This document shows, piece after piece, positions 17,851 to 27,641 of a stretch of DNA of 64,000 bases. The position numbers and the translations under genes were made by a program. The stretch covers positions 192,001 to 256,000 of the IMG/VR virus record IMGVR_UViG_3300005326_000040, one strand, 5' to 3'. The notes beneath the pieces are model-generated. The model did not search any database, was not told the DNA's origin, and saw nothing but the letters and a program-made list of their open reading frames with translations. The stretch is from a virus. Lineage: Duplodnaviria > Caudoviricetes. The first letter of the stretch is position 1. The number at the start of each line of letters is the position of its first letter.

Positions 17851-18321
17851 ATGGATGATAACAAAAGCTTTCTAGCAAGATTTGGCGGCGAGTGGGTTTA
17901 TGCGGAAGATGGCGTGAACAAGTATCTTGGGCGCGTTGTTTCCCTTGGTATTGAAAAAGGTGTGCCTATAGACAAGGCTGAGGCTTTGAATAATTGGCAA
18001 ACTAAGAACGTAATTTCTCTTAGCCCTGTTTTTCAGTATATCAGCAGGCTGGTTCCTCAGCAGACGGCAGAGGGAACATCCATTGCGCGAGATTCTGCGG
18101 CGCTACCATATGACCTCATGTTGGATGACAAGGCGAGGATTTTCCTCAAGCCAGTTATGCTGACATTCCTGTCAGAAATGGATGGCCGTGACCGGCAGCA
18201 GTATCAATCTCTTATTGAGAATTGCGCTGACATTATGGCGAAAACCAGATTTGCCGCTTCAGGACTTACGTTGGCATCATCAATGCCATCAAACGGTTCA
18301 TTAATTCAGATGAAAAGGTAA
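17851..18321 (+). CDS. hypothetical protein
   Basis: ATG 17851, 8 nt after TATATA. Confidence 0.65.
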   Translation: MDDNKSFLARFGGEWVYAEDGVNKYLGRVVSLGIEKGVPIDKAEALNNWQTKNVISLSPVFQYISRLVPQQTAEGTSIARDSAALPYDLMLDDKARIFLKPVMLTFLSEMDGRDRQQYQSLIENCADIMAKTRFAASGLTLASSMPSNGSLIQMKR

Positions 18322-18912
18322 TTGATTATGCCGAAGACGCCTAAAACGATGGAAGACCGGGTAGAGAAGCTTGAGTTTCAGGTAAACTCATTGACGAAAT
18401 TACTCGGAAAGGTTGTTGGCGGATTGAATTCCGAGCTTTCAGAGCTTGTAGATGCAATTGGAAGTCCAGCAGCTTCAAAGCCTGTTCTGGTTATGGTGAA
18501 GGATTCTTCTCCTGCTGAGGAGAAGCCTGTTCCAGCAGAGCCTGTCGTAGCTCCATTGAAGAATGATGATGTTACGTCTGGTCAATATGGAGATCCGAAG
18601 GTGTTTCGAGATCCTCCGGACTGGTCTGGAAAGTCTTACGAGAACAAGTTGTTTTCCGAATGTCCTTCGGCTTATCTCTTGGAGCTAGCTCGCTATTACG
18701 ATTGGGCTGCGGCTGATGACAAGAAGAAAAACACGCTTGCTACCAATGGCAAACCGCGCCATATTTACCGTGAACTCGACGCGAAACGCGCTAGGGCATG
18801 GGCCAAAAAGGTAGATGCCAGAGAATCCAGCCCTCAGGTGGATTCTGAAAAGTCGAAAAGCGCTTTGATCGATCCGAACGACCCTAATTATTCTTTCGAC
18901 GACGCGGAATAA
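18322..18912 (+). CDS. hypothetical protein (weak DUF3820-like GxYxGK...PxxYL motif)
   Basis: GKSYENKLFSECPSAYLLEL. Confidence 0.6.
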   Translation: MIMPKTPKTMEDRVEKLEFQVNSLTKLLGKVVGGLNSELSELVDAIGSPAASKPVLVMVKDSSPAEEKPVPAEPVVAPLKNDDVTSGQYGDPKVFRDPPDWSGKSYENKLFSECPSAYLLELARYYDWAAADDKKKNTLATNGKPRHIYRELDAKRARAWAKKVDARESSPQVDSEKSKSALIDPNDPNYSFDDAE

Positions 18913-18926
18913 TTTTTCTTATCCCC

Positions 18927-18954
18927 TTGACAGCACAATATAACTTCTTATAAT
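18927..18954 (+). promoter_or_regulatory. consensus sigma70 promoter of the Hsp20 gene
   Basis: TTGACA (18927-32), 16-nt spacer, TATAAT (18949-54); AGGAGG RBS at 18971-76. Confidence 0.85.
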
Positions 18955-18984
18955 GTGGCAAAACCCATATAGGAGGTATTAAAT

Positions 18985-19362
18985 ATGCGTGATTTTGAAC
19001 GTGTTGTAAAATCGTTATTCGACGACCCAACATATAAAAGTTTTTCTACGTCTTCAAAGTTACATACTTTTTCGGAAGTAAAAGATGATGACGGCGTATT
19101 GTACGTCGATCTTCCGGGCGTAAGCAAAGAAGATGTGATGCTTCAATATCAGCCGCCAACGAAATTGAATGAATTTGGTAAATTGGCGATTGCTGCTAAA
19201 AGAACTGTTGGGGGCACGAAAGATATTGAAACGGAGATTTTTGTAAATGCGCTGTTTGATTGGGATGGCGTAAAAGCTACCATGAAAGATGGCGTTTTGA
19301 CTCTTAAGGTTAAAAAAAGGGAGGATGGAGCAGGCAAATTGAAATCAATTAAAATCGAATAG
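18985..19362 (+). CDS. small heat-shock protein Hsp20/alpha-crystallin
   Basis: VDLPGVSKEDV...ATMKDGVLTLKVKK...IKIE. Confidence 0.9.
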   Translation: MRDFERVVKSLFDDPTYKSFSTSSKLHTFSEVKDDDGVLYVDLPGVSKEDVMLQYQPPTKLNEFGKLAIAAKRTVGGTKDIETEIFVNALFDWDGVKATMKDGVLTLKVKKREDGAGKLKSIKIE

Positions 19363-19367
19363 CGCAC

Positions 19368-19395
19368 TTGACAATGGTTTTTTCTCTGGTATGTT
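19368..19395 (+). promoter_or_regulatory. sigma70-type promoter with extended -10
   Basis: TTGACA (19368-73), 16-nt spacer, TG-G-TATGTT. Confidence 0.6.
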
Positions 19396-19475
19396 GATGG
19401 AAGTTGCTGCGCAGCCGTATTCCTATTGCAGACCGAATGTGTGGTTGTCTTTTCTAAAAAAGGCGGAATCTCAAA

Positions 19476-20093
19476 ATGAGTAGTAATGTTTTTGCCAAAG
19501 ACGAAAACGCAAATGAAGGCTCCAACCGAGCAAATTTTGAATCTAGAAGGCTTACGTACCCCAAGAATAAGTTGAATATCGTATCGCGCGGGTACATTGA
19601 AACGGAAAAGGATCCCAAAACCGGTGAGGAATATGACCTTATTGCAATTCGGCCAGACGTTCCTGTTTCTGCCTATTTGAATGATTTGTGTTTTTTGGTT
19701 ACAATTCCGAATCAGGACCAAACATATGCTCCTGCCTACGTTCGATTGCAGGAAAAAACTGGCGAAGAGGAGCAGCAGGATGAAGTTCGAAGCTTTACCG
19801 GAGTATCCTGTAAGGCTTTGGTGAAGAAGAGTAGGAACACTGACGGTGAAATCATCGTTTGTGCGCCTCGAACTAGGGTTCTGGTGCAGTTGAATCGTCT
19901 CGTGATTCAGGCTGAGATTCCACTGGAAGATGAACTAGAGACGATGGTGCATTTCAAGCCTAGAGCATCACGACCGAGGGTGCAGCGACGTGCAAATGGC
20001 GTAGGTTATACTGCTCAGCCAATTCGGGAAGAGGGAAATGCCGATGCTGGGCACTATGATGTTCCGGAACAAGGCGGAGTAGTCAAGAGCTAA
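19476..20093 (+). CDS. hypothetical protein
   Basis: 205-aa ORF. Confidence 0.7.
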   Translation: MSSNVFAKDENANEGSNRANFESRRLTYPKNKLNIVSRGYIETEKDPKTGEEYDLIAIRPDVPVSAYLNDLCFLVTIPNQDQTYAPAYVRLQEKTGEEEQQDEVRSFTGVSCKALVKKSRNTDGEIIVCAPRTRVLVQLNRLVIQAEIPLEDELETMVHFKPRASRPRVQRRANGVGYTAQPIREEGNADAGHYDVPEQGGVVKS

Positions 20094-20120
20094 TCTGCGC
20101 TGAAATTAAAAGATAGGTGG

Positions 20121-20153
20121 CGGGCTAAAGGGCTGGACTCTTTGGCCCGTTTT
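20121..20153. terminator. terminator between convergent genes
   Basis: CGGGCTAAAG (20121-30) pairs with CTTTGGCCCG (20140-49), then TTTT. Confidence 0.75.
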
Positions 20154-20154
20154 C

Positions 20155-20529
20155 CTATTTGCAAATCGTGTCAAGGTCGGTGCAGTTTTCAGGGGTGATA
20201 CGAGAAGCACAGTCAACCTGACTGCATGTTGAAACTTTTGCCATACAAGCAGGGTTAAGTTGTACCGAATTGAGTTGAGTATCAACACACCATTTAGTGC
20301 ATTCTGCTACAGCTGCATCAGTACCAGCATCCATATCGCCTAGATATTGGAAGCACTCTACGTCTTGTTTCGTTTGCCCTAAATCGAGTGCATGCTCGCA
20401 GAAAGTAGGACAAGCTTCTTTTCCTGGCTCTTCACGGATATAAGGCTGAGCAGGATCTCGTCCTGCGCATGAGGCGCCAATAATGGTTGGCATAAGAATC
20501 ATAATTAGGATTGTTAATAGCTTTTTCAT
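20155..20529 (-). CDS. Cys-rich lipoprotein
   Basis: MKKLLTIL... signal, lipobox GASC, 10 further Cys. Confidence 0.75.
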   Translation of the reverse strand: MKKLLTILIMILMPTIIGASCAGRDPAQPYIREEPGKEACPTFCEHALDLGQTKQDVECFQYLGDMDAGTDAAVAECTKWCVDTQLNSVQLNPACMAKVSTCSQVDCASRITPENCTDLDTICK

Positions 20530-20536
20530 TTTTCTC

Positions 20537-21418
20537 TTACATGGTTAGAACAAACAAATCGCGAGTGATACTGGAGGAAATGTAGCTCGGTGTGAAGTAG
20601 GTGTAGCCTTGATCGCCCCAACCAAGTCCCCAGGAGTTACGAACCTCAAAGGCGTTTTCGTATTGTGACCATCCTGTAATCACCATTGCGTGTCGTCCGA
20701 TAAATCCAGTGGTCGGCGGGCTTACAATCTTCTTTCCTTGGACGCCTAGGAACTCTTTATTAAGGGACGTACCAAATACAACAGCGTGTCCTGAATTGAG
20801 AGTTTTGATGACATCGGTAATTCGTTTGTCGCCAGTTGAGTTGATAGAATAGAAGTTTACGTACTGTGGTTTTGTGCTGTATGCTGTTCGATAAGCTAGT
20901 GGGCTTGGGCGAGTAAAAACTTTGCTCGTGTCATAGGGCCATAGCGCTTCGGTAGGTACGCCATATCTACGCAGGCAATCAAAAGCGAGAGCAATATAAG
21001 TTCCCTTATCAACGTTGGCCGCTGGTGGGAATTGGTTGTTTCTTGCATTCCAATAAAGGAACAAACGAGATACGTCATCAATAAGGTCTGGCGAAACGTT
21101 TCTAAACCGAGCGAGTTCAGCTTCTGCTGTATCAGCCGTTGCGTTCGCGACGCAAGACCCTAGAGAATACTGATCGCTGACAGGCTTGAAGTACTTTCGA
21201 ACAGAAACTTCTGAAGCTACTGGAGTTCCAGCAAGCGGGCTGTGAGCGAAATCGATTGTTTCCTTGTCAATCTTGGTGGCTTCTAGGTTGTGTTCAATAA
21301 AACCGGAATTTAGGACAACGTTTCCTAGCAATGCTGCGCCTGCCAGGATTTGAGCCGGGCTGTTGATAACAGTAGTTCTTGTGAAAATGTTGGATATGGT
21401 TGAAAGGAGAGTTCCCAT
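20537..21418 (-). CDS. papain-family (C1A) cysteine peptidase
   Basis: DQYSLGSCVANA (Gln/Cys), GRHAMV (His), VRNSWG (Asn). Confidence 0.92.
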   Translation of the reverse strand: MGTLLSTISNIFTRTTVINSPAQILAGAALLGNVVLNSGFIEHNLEATKIDKETIDFAHSPLAGTPVASEVSVRKYFKPVSDQYSLGSCVANATADTAEAELARFRNVSPDLIDDVSRLFLYWNARNNQFPPAANVDKGTYIALAFDCLRRYGVPTEALWPYDTSKVFTRPSPLAYRTAYSTKPQYVNFYSINSTGDKRITDVIKTLNSGHAVVFGTSLNKEFLGVQGKKIVSPPTTGFIGRHAMVITGWSQYENAFEVRNSWGLGWGDQGYTYFTPSYISSSITRDLFVLTM

Positions 21419-21445
21419 GCCTTGATGTGGCGTATTTGCTAGAAC

Positions 21446-21474
21446 TTGACTTCATGCGTGGGATGCTGTAGGAT
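21446..21474 (+). promoter_or_regulatory. sigma70-type promoter
   Basis: TTGACT (21446-51), 17-nt spacer, TAGGAT (21469-74). Confidence 0.6.
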
Positions 21475-21479
21475 AAGAT

Positions 21480-21995
21480 ATGCCGCAAGATATAAAGAAC
21501 CATTTTCAGTATTTGGTGAATTTACTTCCTGAAGAACGGAGACAAGAATTTCGGGAATATGTAGATGCAGCGAGTGACGGCTCCGATATTGATGATGGCT
21601 TTCTTGGATTTATTGACGACTACGTGGATTTGGCAAATATTATTCGGCGGCATACAATTATCTTTCCAAAAGAGAAAAGCACACGATCAAAACTTTTGAC
21701 AGGCATACTACCAGATCTTATTTGGACGGTTTATGATGTGGGTTGCGCGAGTGGATTCCAGCATATCTTGTTTCCTTTTGTGAAGAAGTATGTAGGAATT
21801 GACGCTTGGTCTACTCCAAAATCATTTCTCCCTAATTGTGAGTTTGTAACAGGAAGGTTTGCTGACGTGGTGGATAGTTTGAATATTGACCACGAAAGGT
21901 CATTTGGAATTGCTAATATGAGCCTTCTTTATCCTGCCAGACAAGAGGATTTAGAAGCTTTTAACAGGGTGTTTCGACATAAATATATCCTATAG
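21480..21995 (+). CDS. class I SAM-dependent methyltransferase-like protein
   Basis: VYDVGCASG motif I, YVGID motif II. Confidence 0.65.
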   Translation: MPQDIKNHFQYLVNLLPEERRQEFREYVDAASDGSDIDDGFLGFIDDYVDLANIIRRHTIIFPKEKSTRSKLLTGILPDLIWTVYDVGCASGFQHILFPFVKKYVGIDAWSTPKSFLPNCEFVTGRFADVVDSLNIDHERSFGIANMSLLYPARQEDLEAFNRVFRHKYIL

Positions 21996-22006
21996 GAGCA
22001 GAACTA

Positions 22007-22309
22007 ATGAGCATCCATGATAAAATCAGGATTTATACTGTTGGGTTTTCAAAAGACGGTAAAGACTATGTAGCTGCAATTGAATATAGGCTTACAGAAG
22101 CTTTAGTTGTTTTTAATAGAATGGTGCATTACGCTGAAGGAAATGAAAGTCAATATGTAATTGATGCCAAATGGGAAAAAGTCGGAGAATTTATGGTTTC
22201 ATTTTGCGAGAATATGAGTGAAAAAGAAGCAAAGGAATTAGCAAAACAATATGGTTTTGAATTTGTAAATTGGCCTAGTTTTATTAAGATGATTGAAACC
22301 GCGCAATAA
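22007..22309 (+). CDS. hypothetical protein
   Basis: 100 aa, AGGAG RBS. Confidence 0.65.
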   Translation: MSIHDKIRIYTVGFSKDGKDYVAAIEYRLTEALVVFNRMVHYAEGNESQYVIDAKWEKVGEFMVSFCENMSEKEAKELAKQYGFEFVNWPSFIKMIETAQ

Positions 22310-22326
22310 CTGAAGGATAAAACATC

Positions 22327-23088
22327 ATGGCTACCACTTCTGAATCCGCTGCCCCTCGTAAGCGTTCTAAGACTGCAAAGGTTACCGAAGCTGTTGCTTC
22401 TACCGCTAGGGTTATTACTTCGTTTGTTGGTTTGGAAGATGAATATCAGGATTTTATGAATTCGGTTGCTTCCAGCAGGTTGGAAGTCCGAGTAATCAAT
22501 GACGTTCTCAACGTGTTTGCGCGAGGCAAGCTTCGTGAAAAGGTGAAGATTGCTCTTGAACTTAATTCGGAAATCGTGAAGAAGAAGCGCGAACTAACGA
22601 AGCTTGAAGATGAGCTTCGTCAGTATGGTTCGGATTTTCGTGACAACTGGAGGAAAATCAATCCTGGTAGCAGCATTTGTTCTTCGAGATTGATTCCTAC
22701 TGCTGATGAAGAACATTATAGCATCCTGGTTACTGTAAAGGATACCTTTAGCTTCGCAAAGGAAGCCAAGGAAGCTGTTGCAGCAATGAAGGAACAGCTT
22801 TCTGCTATTGTTCTTGAAGGCGGCAAGACATTGTACGATACGATGTTTACGGAAACCGTTACGCATAACGTCAAGGATGAATTGGGTTATGAGCTTCTTT
22901 CTGGTTTGATTGAAAAGTACCTTGGCAAGGAAGCGGTTACTGAATTGGTTGAAACGAACGTTGATGTCAGCTTGAACGCTGATAAGTTTGCCAAGTTGAT
23001 GGAATCCGATGTTATTCCGGCGGAATTGAAAACCAAGCTTTCTCTTGTTATTGCTAAGCAGAAGCCAGCGATCACGTATCCTAAATAA
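22327..23088 (+). CDS. hypothetical coiled-coil protein
   Basis: 253 aa, AAGGA RBS; directly upstream of FtsK. Confidence 0.75.
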   Translation: MATTSESAAPRKRSKTAKVTEAVASTARVITSFVGLEDEYQDFMNSVASSRLEVRVINDVLNVFARGKLREKVKIALELNSEIVKKKRELTKLEDELRQYGSDFRDNWRKINPGSSICSSRLIPTADEEHYSILVTVKDTFSFAKEAKEAVAAMKEQLSAIVLEGGKTLYDTMFTETVTHNVKDELGYELLSGLIEKYLGKEAVTELVETNVDVSLNADKFAKLMESDVIPAELKTKLSLVIAKQKPAITYPK

Positions 23089-23101
23089 GTAGAGGTCCGT
23101 T

Positions 23102-24256
23102 ATGGATGATCGTTCAACTTTGAATGACACATTAGTCGGGCACAAAGTCAACGCGATGTGTACCAACGTTCGTCGCCTTGAGAACTATGATATCTTTACA
23201 TTGGTTCTTGGGGACGGATGTAAAATTAAGCTACTTGAAAACATTTCTCGCGAAATTCAGCTTGCTATGAAGTTGCAGTCACCGCCAGTATTCCATCCTG
23301 ATTATTCGAACGGCTTGTTGCTTATGGTGGCTGCGCGCAGGGTTGATTCTCCGATTCTTCTTTCATCCATTATCGAACCAAAGAAGCCTGGCAATTACGA
23401 TTGTCAGCTTGGTTATGATATGTATGGAGCGAAGGTTTCGCTAGACATTACTAAAGCTCCGCATATTTTGGTGTCTGGAACTACCGGTTCCGGAAAATCT
23501 GTTTGTTTGAATTTGCTTGCGGCAAACATTCTTGCCATGGGAAATGGCGAAGCAACATTGTGCGTTACTGACCCTAAAATGGTTGAATTTGAATATCTGA
23601 AGGACGCTTGTGTTCGATATGAAAATGATTATCGCGGCACGGTGAAGTATCTTCAGGAAGTTGTTGACTATATGGAGGAGAGATACGAAGTATTGAAACA
23701 GTTTGGATGCAGAGACATCTCAGATTTGCCTGCGGAGTATAAGACGACGCGTACATTCATTATTATTGATGAAATTGCTGACCTTATGGTTCATGATAAG
23801 TCTGGTAGGCTTTCGAATTTGATTGCCCGACTGGCGGCGAAATCTAGGGCTGCTGGCATTCATATGATTCTAGCTACTCAGCGACCGTCAGTGAACGTTG
23901 TAAGCGGTCTAATCAAGGCTAATTTCCCGGTACGTATTACTTTTAGAGTGGCATCTTCGACCGATAGCCGCGTTGTCATTGATATGAATGGCGCAGAAAA
24001 TCTTATGCCCAAGGGGGACGGTATTATTTTTGGATACGGGGACCGACAGATGGTTCGGTTCCGTGCGGCTTATGTAACACCGGCAGAAGTAATGAAGTAT
24101 TACAAGGATAATTATGACCCCTCTATGGATTATTATAAGGATGAAGAATCCGATGAAGATGATGAAGATGTCGAGGAAGATGATTTAAGAAATTATAGCA
24201 TGGCTAGGGTTGACCCTGAAGCCGACGCAGAATTGCAGCGTTTTTTGAACTCCTAA
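23102..24256 (+). CDS. FtsK/SpoIIIE-family ATPase, no transmembrane or gamma domain
   Basis: APHILVSGTTGSGKS, DPKMVE, IIIDEIADL, KSRAAGIH, LATQRPS. Confidence 0.92.
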   Translation: MDDRSTLNDTLVGHKVNAMCTNVRRLENYDIFTLVLGDGCKIKLLENISREIQLAMKLQSPPVFHPDYSNGLLLMVAARRVDSPILLSSIIEPKKPGNYDCQLGYDMYGAKVSLDITKAPHILVSGTTGSGKSVCLNLLAANILAMGNGEATLCVTDPKMVEFEYLKDACVRYENDYRGTVKYLQEVVDYMEERYEVLKQFGCRDISDLPAEYKTTRTFIIIDEIADLMVHDKSGRLSNLIARLAAKSRAAGIHMILATQRPSVNVVSGLIKANFPVRITFRVASSTDSRVVIDMNGAENLMPKGDGIIFGYGDRQMVRFRAAYVTPAEVMKYYKDNYDPSMDYYKDEESDEDDEDVEEDDLRNYSMARVDPEADAELQRFLNS

Positions 24257-24268
24257 TGGAGAATAGTA

Positions 24269-25477
24269 ATGAGCGGATATGATGTTGCGCAAGTAAAACA
24301 AGCCATTAAGAATAAATGGGATTGGAGAAGTGGTGATTTCCATTACACTCCGATTTTAGTTTGGGGCGGTCCTGGTATTGGTAAAACTCATATTCTTAAT
24401 CAAGTTGTTTCGGAGAGAAAGATTGTTGAATTAAAAGAGAATTCAGACCCTCGTTTGGAGCGCTTACTGGAATTCAATCGTCCAGAGGACGTTGAAGATA
24501 TTCTTGAAGAGAATTTGCTTAATATTCGATTGGCTGAACGTCCGCTAGAACAAATTGAAGGGATGCCATATCCATACCCTAAAGAGGGGTATATGGAGTT
24601 CTTGGCTCCGAAGAATTTGCAGAAGCTCAAGGCAGCTAAGTGGGTTGTTATTCTGCTGGATGAATTGGATAAGGCTGGCCCCGCCAAGATGGCTGCGGTA
24701 ACGCATCTTATCGAGTCGGGTGTCGTTGGTGATTTCAAGTTCCCCAAGGATACTTTTGTTGTCGCTGCCGCAAATAGGGTGACTGATTCATATCTTAGCC
24801 GCCCTATTTCGGCAGAACTCTGTAATAGGATGGCTCATATTGAGCTAGTTCCAACGGTTGATAATTTCGTTTCTTGGGCAAAGAATTGCGAAGACATCTT
24901 AGATGAAGTGATTGCTTTTCATCGTTTCAATAAGTTGCGTAACGAAAATTATCTTCTTAGTGACGATAAGGACCGTGAAGTTGAGACGGTAAGAGCGTTC
25001 AAGTCGCCACGAAGCTGGCATTATGGTTCTCGTCAGATGAAAAAGATTTACACCAGACATGGGTGTAAACCAGGACAAATTATTAACGTTGATGACGAGG
25101 CGTTTTTTGAATTAGAACAGTTGGTTGGTGAGCGGCCAGCAATTGAATTTGCTACTTATCTGCGATTGTACCGAGACATCGATGTTGGTCGTATTCTTAA
25201 GGGCGAACTTGTTTTGCCTACAGGCGACCGCAAAGATTGTCTATCTAATCAGTATACGTTTACTATGGTTCTGATTGATCAGCTGACGGAAAGGGACCTT
25301 AAGAAACATGGTTTGAAATATGTTGTGCGGGCCATGTGTGAAATGTATCCAGAAGTGTGCAGTGTATTCCTTAGTGCGCTGAGCAGTTCAAACAAGAAGG
25401 TTTTCGAACATATTGTTAACTCCAAAGAAGCAAATGATTCTGGAATGATTAAACAGGTATTGGATGGTTTGATGTAG
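24269..25477 (+). CDS. MoxR/dynein-related AAA+ ATPase
   Basis: WGGPGIGKT, ILLDELDK, AAAN, NRMAH, SPRSW. Confidence 0.88.
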   Translation: MSGYDVAQVKQAIKNKWDWRSGDFHYTPILVWGGPGIGKTHILNQVVSERKIVELKENSDPRLERLLEFNRPEDVEDILEENLLNIRLAERPLEQIEGMPYPYPKEGYMEFLAPKNLQKLKAAKWVVILLDELDKAGPAKMAAVTHLIESGVVGDFKFPKDTFVVAAANRVTDSYLSRPISAELCNRMAHIELVPTVDNFVSWAKNCEDILDEVIAFHRFNKLRNENYLLSDDKDREVETVRAFKSPRSWHYGSRQMKKIYTRHGCKPGQIINVDDEAFFELEQLVGERPAIEFATYLRLYRDIDVGRILKGELVLPTGDRKDCLSNQYTFTMVLIDQLTERDLKKHGLKYVVRAMCEMYPEVCSVFLSALSSSNKKVFEHIVNSKEANDSGMIKQVLDGLM

Positions 25478-25491
25478 TTGATAGGCTAACA

Positions 25492-26751
25492 ATGATAAAA
25501 CTTTCAAGTTTGACTTTGTCCAAAGAGGATTATCTTTCCTATAGTAATATTTTGGGGCATTCAATCTCCTGCTTGGTGACTGATGCCCCTTTCTCTATGC
25601 CTATTATTAAGATGCCTCGATTGTTTTGCAATATTGAGCAGGCATATGCAGCAACTGATGGCAGATCGATTTTTATCAACCCAACTCGGTGGGTTCCTCT
25701 TCCAAAGCCGCAACGACAGGGTATTGTTTATCATGAATGGCTTCATGTAGGGTTTCGGCACCCTTGGAGAATGAAGAACAGGATTCATCGCGTGTGGGGA
25801 TTTGGTTGTGATTTCGCCATTGATTCTCATATTATGCAAGATGTAAATCCCGATAAAATGACCATTGCTCGCGGGATGCTTTATGACCCTTATTATAATG
25901 GGTGGAACGCTGAAAAGATTTATGAAGACCTTCTCGACGTGTCTGAAAATATAGAAATAGGAGATCTTTCTGATTTTGAACAAAAAGCTAAACAACAACA
26001 GTTTTGTGACAGAGAAACTGCCGCAAAATTGTTGAAGCTGGACAAGAAAATTGAAGAGATATTTTCTGACGATCTTATTCAAGCTCCGTCAGACATGAAT
26101 GATTTTGATAAAGAAATGCTTCGTGATACAATTCGTTCAGCCGAACAGGCAAAGAAATTTGGGAAAGATATTCCTGGAGAGTATTTACTTAACATTGATG
26201 TTCTAAAGCGCTCTCGAACGGATTGGGCGAAAGCCTTTGCTTGTTATTGGATGAATGTGGTCCAGGCAACAGGTGATCGGAATTACTATCGACCTAAGAA
26301 GTGGGGCTTTCCTTTTGGTATTATTATTCCTACAGAAGCAAACGTAGGTAAAATTAATGTCACTTTTATTTGCGACGTGAGTGGGTCGAGGTACGTCGCT
26401 GCTGCTTTTGAATCTTATGTAAAAGAATTGAACGCTATGATGCCTCACGTAGAGAGGCTTACCGTTATCACTGCTGATTGTGTTGTTCAGGAAAAAGCAA
26501 CAATATCTAACATCTCTGAAATTATTGGAGCGCGCAAAAAGATTAAATTCAAAGGTGGTGGAGGAACAGATTTTCGTCCGGCATTACAAGAGGCGGCGAA
26601 GACAATGCCTGACCTCGTTATATATTACACAGATAGTTTTGGAGAATATGGAAGTAAAGCTCCTGGCGGCATCCAAAATTTACTTTGGGTATATGCAAAT
26701 CGTGATTTCAAACCCCCACCTTATGGGCGATATTTAGTGATAGGTGATTAA
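25492..26751 (+). CDS. metallopeptidase-vWA fusion (DUF2201-like)
   Basis: AATDG...HEWLH (HExxH); C-terminal CDVSGS MIDAS, GGGGTDFRP, YTD. Confidence 0.88.
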   Translation: MIKLSSLTLSKEDYLSYSNILGHSISCLVTDAPFSMPIIKMPRLFCNIEQAYAATDGRSIFINPTRWVPLPKPQRQGIVYHEWLHVGFRHPWRMKNRIHRVWGFGCDFAIDSHIMQDVNPDKMTIARGMLYDPYYNGWNAEKIYEDLLDVSENIEIGDLSDFEQKAKQQQFCDRETAAKLLKLDKKIEEIFSDDLIQAPSDMNDFDKEMLRDTIRSAEQAKKFGKDIPGEYLLNIDVLKRSRTDWAKAFACYWMNVVQATGDRNYYRPKKWGFPFGIIIPTEANVGKINVTFICDVSGSRYVAAAFESYVKELNAMMPHVERLTVITADCVVQEKATISNISEIIGARKKIKFKGGGGTDFRPALQEAAKTMPDLVIYYTDSFGEYGSKAPGGIQNLLWVYANRDFKPPPYGRYLVIGD

Positions 26752-27263
26752 TGGTAAATTCTCATCAGTTATTACTTTCAGCGGCTGTTATTAGAATTTT
26801 TGATATTGTCGGTATTTCACCAGCATCTATTCCAAATATCAAGTCGCCTCAGTTTAAACAAAAATCTAGCACTTTAGTCGATGGTTTATCCGTTTATGCT
26901 GGTAGGATAAACATCGACGAAAAGTCTTGGGTTTCTATCTTGTTTTCTAAAAACGATGACGCTGAAGTTTTAGCTACAAAAATCATAAATGAAGATTCTT
27001 CGGTGCCAACTAATTGGGTTTTTGTTGTTTGCGGTGACATTTCTGGCGAAGACTATACGGCAAACAGTATTATTGTTGAGACTGGGGGCGAACACAATCA
27101 TGTTGTACACATGTCTTGTTACAATGTGTATAACTATTTGCTTGGTTTTGAGCATGTTAGACAATATGTTCCAACGTTGCTTCCTTTTGACGCTCCTATA
27201 GAACACATTGAAAAATTGGCTTGGTTTATATCGAAACTTGAATTACGCGAAGAGGATGAATGA
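26751..27263 (+). CDS. hypothetical protein
   Basis: 170 aa, start overlaps the upstream stop. Confidence 0.65.
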   Translation: MVNSHQLLLSAAVIRIFDIVGISPASIPNIKSPQFKQKSSTLVDGLSVYAGRINIDEKSWVSILFSKNDDAEVLATKIINEDSSVPTNWVFVVCGDISGEDYTANSIIVETGGEHNHVVHMSCYNVYNYLLGFEHVRQYVPTLLPFDAPIEHIEKLAWFISKLELREEDE

Positions 27264-27625
27264 TTGTTAACAAAGGCATTCTGTTAAGGCGATTGTTGAA
27301 GAGAATGCCGACCGTTCGCTTTTATGATATGATGTATCTCGTGAATTGCGCTTCCGAGTTGATGATAAAAAGAATCATTGAAGATAGACCTATTATCATT
27401 GATGGCTTTGGAACTCTTCATCGAGTGCAAGAAAAGCCACGGCGAGCCTTCAATGTAGCCACACGGCAAATGTATACTTTTGAGGTTAACGCTGTGCGAT
27501 TCCGTCCTCACATTGCATTTTTACGAATGATCGAATGTGTTGGGAAAGAATATATTAAAGAGTTGATTCGAAAAAAGTCTAGAGAAGCAATCAAAAAACG
27601 GGTGAAGAAAAAAAGACTAGTTTGA
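27260..27625 (+). CDS. HU/IHF-like DNA-binding protein
   Basis: IIIDGFGTL...RRAFNVAT...VRFRP. Confidence 0.75.
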   Translation: MIVNKGILLRRLLKRMPTVRFYDMMYLVNCASELMIKRIIEDRPIIIDGFGTLHRVQEKPRRAFNVATRQMYTFEVNAVRFRPHIAFLRMIECVGKEYIKELIRKKSREAIKKRVKKKRLV

Positions 27626-27641
27626 CATCAATATACAGATA

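Noticed and set aside
17199-17878. Long minus-strand ORFs 17199-17774 and 17396-17878
   Set aside because: They are antisense shadows of the promoter- and RBS-supported gene 17229-17765, with no motifs of their own.
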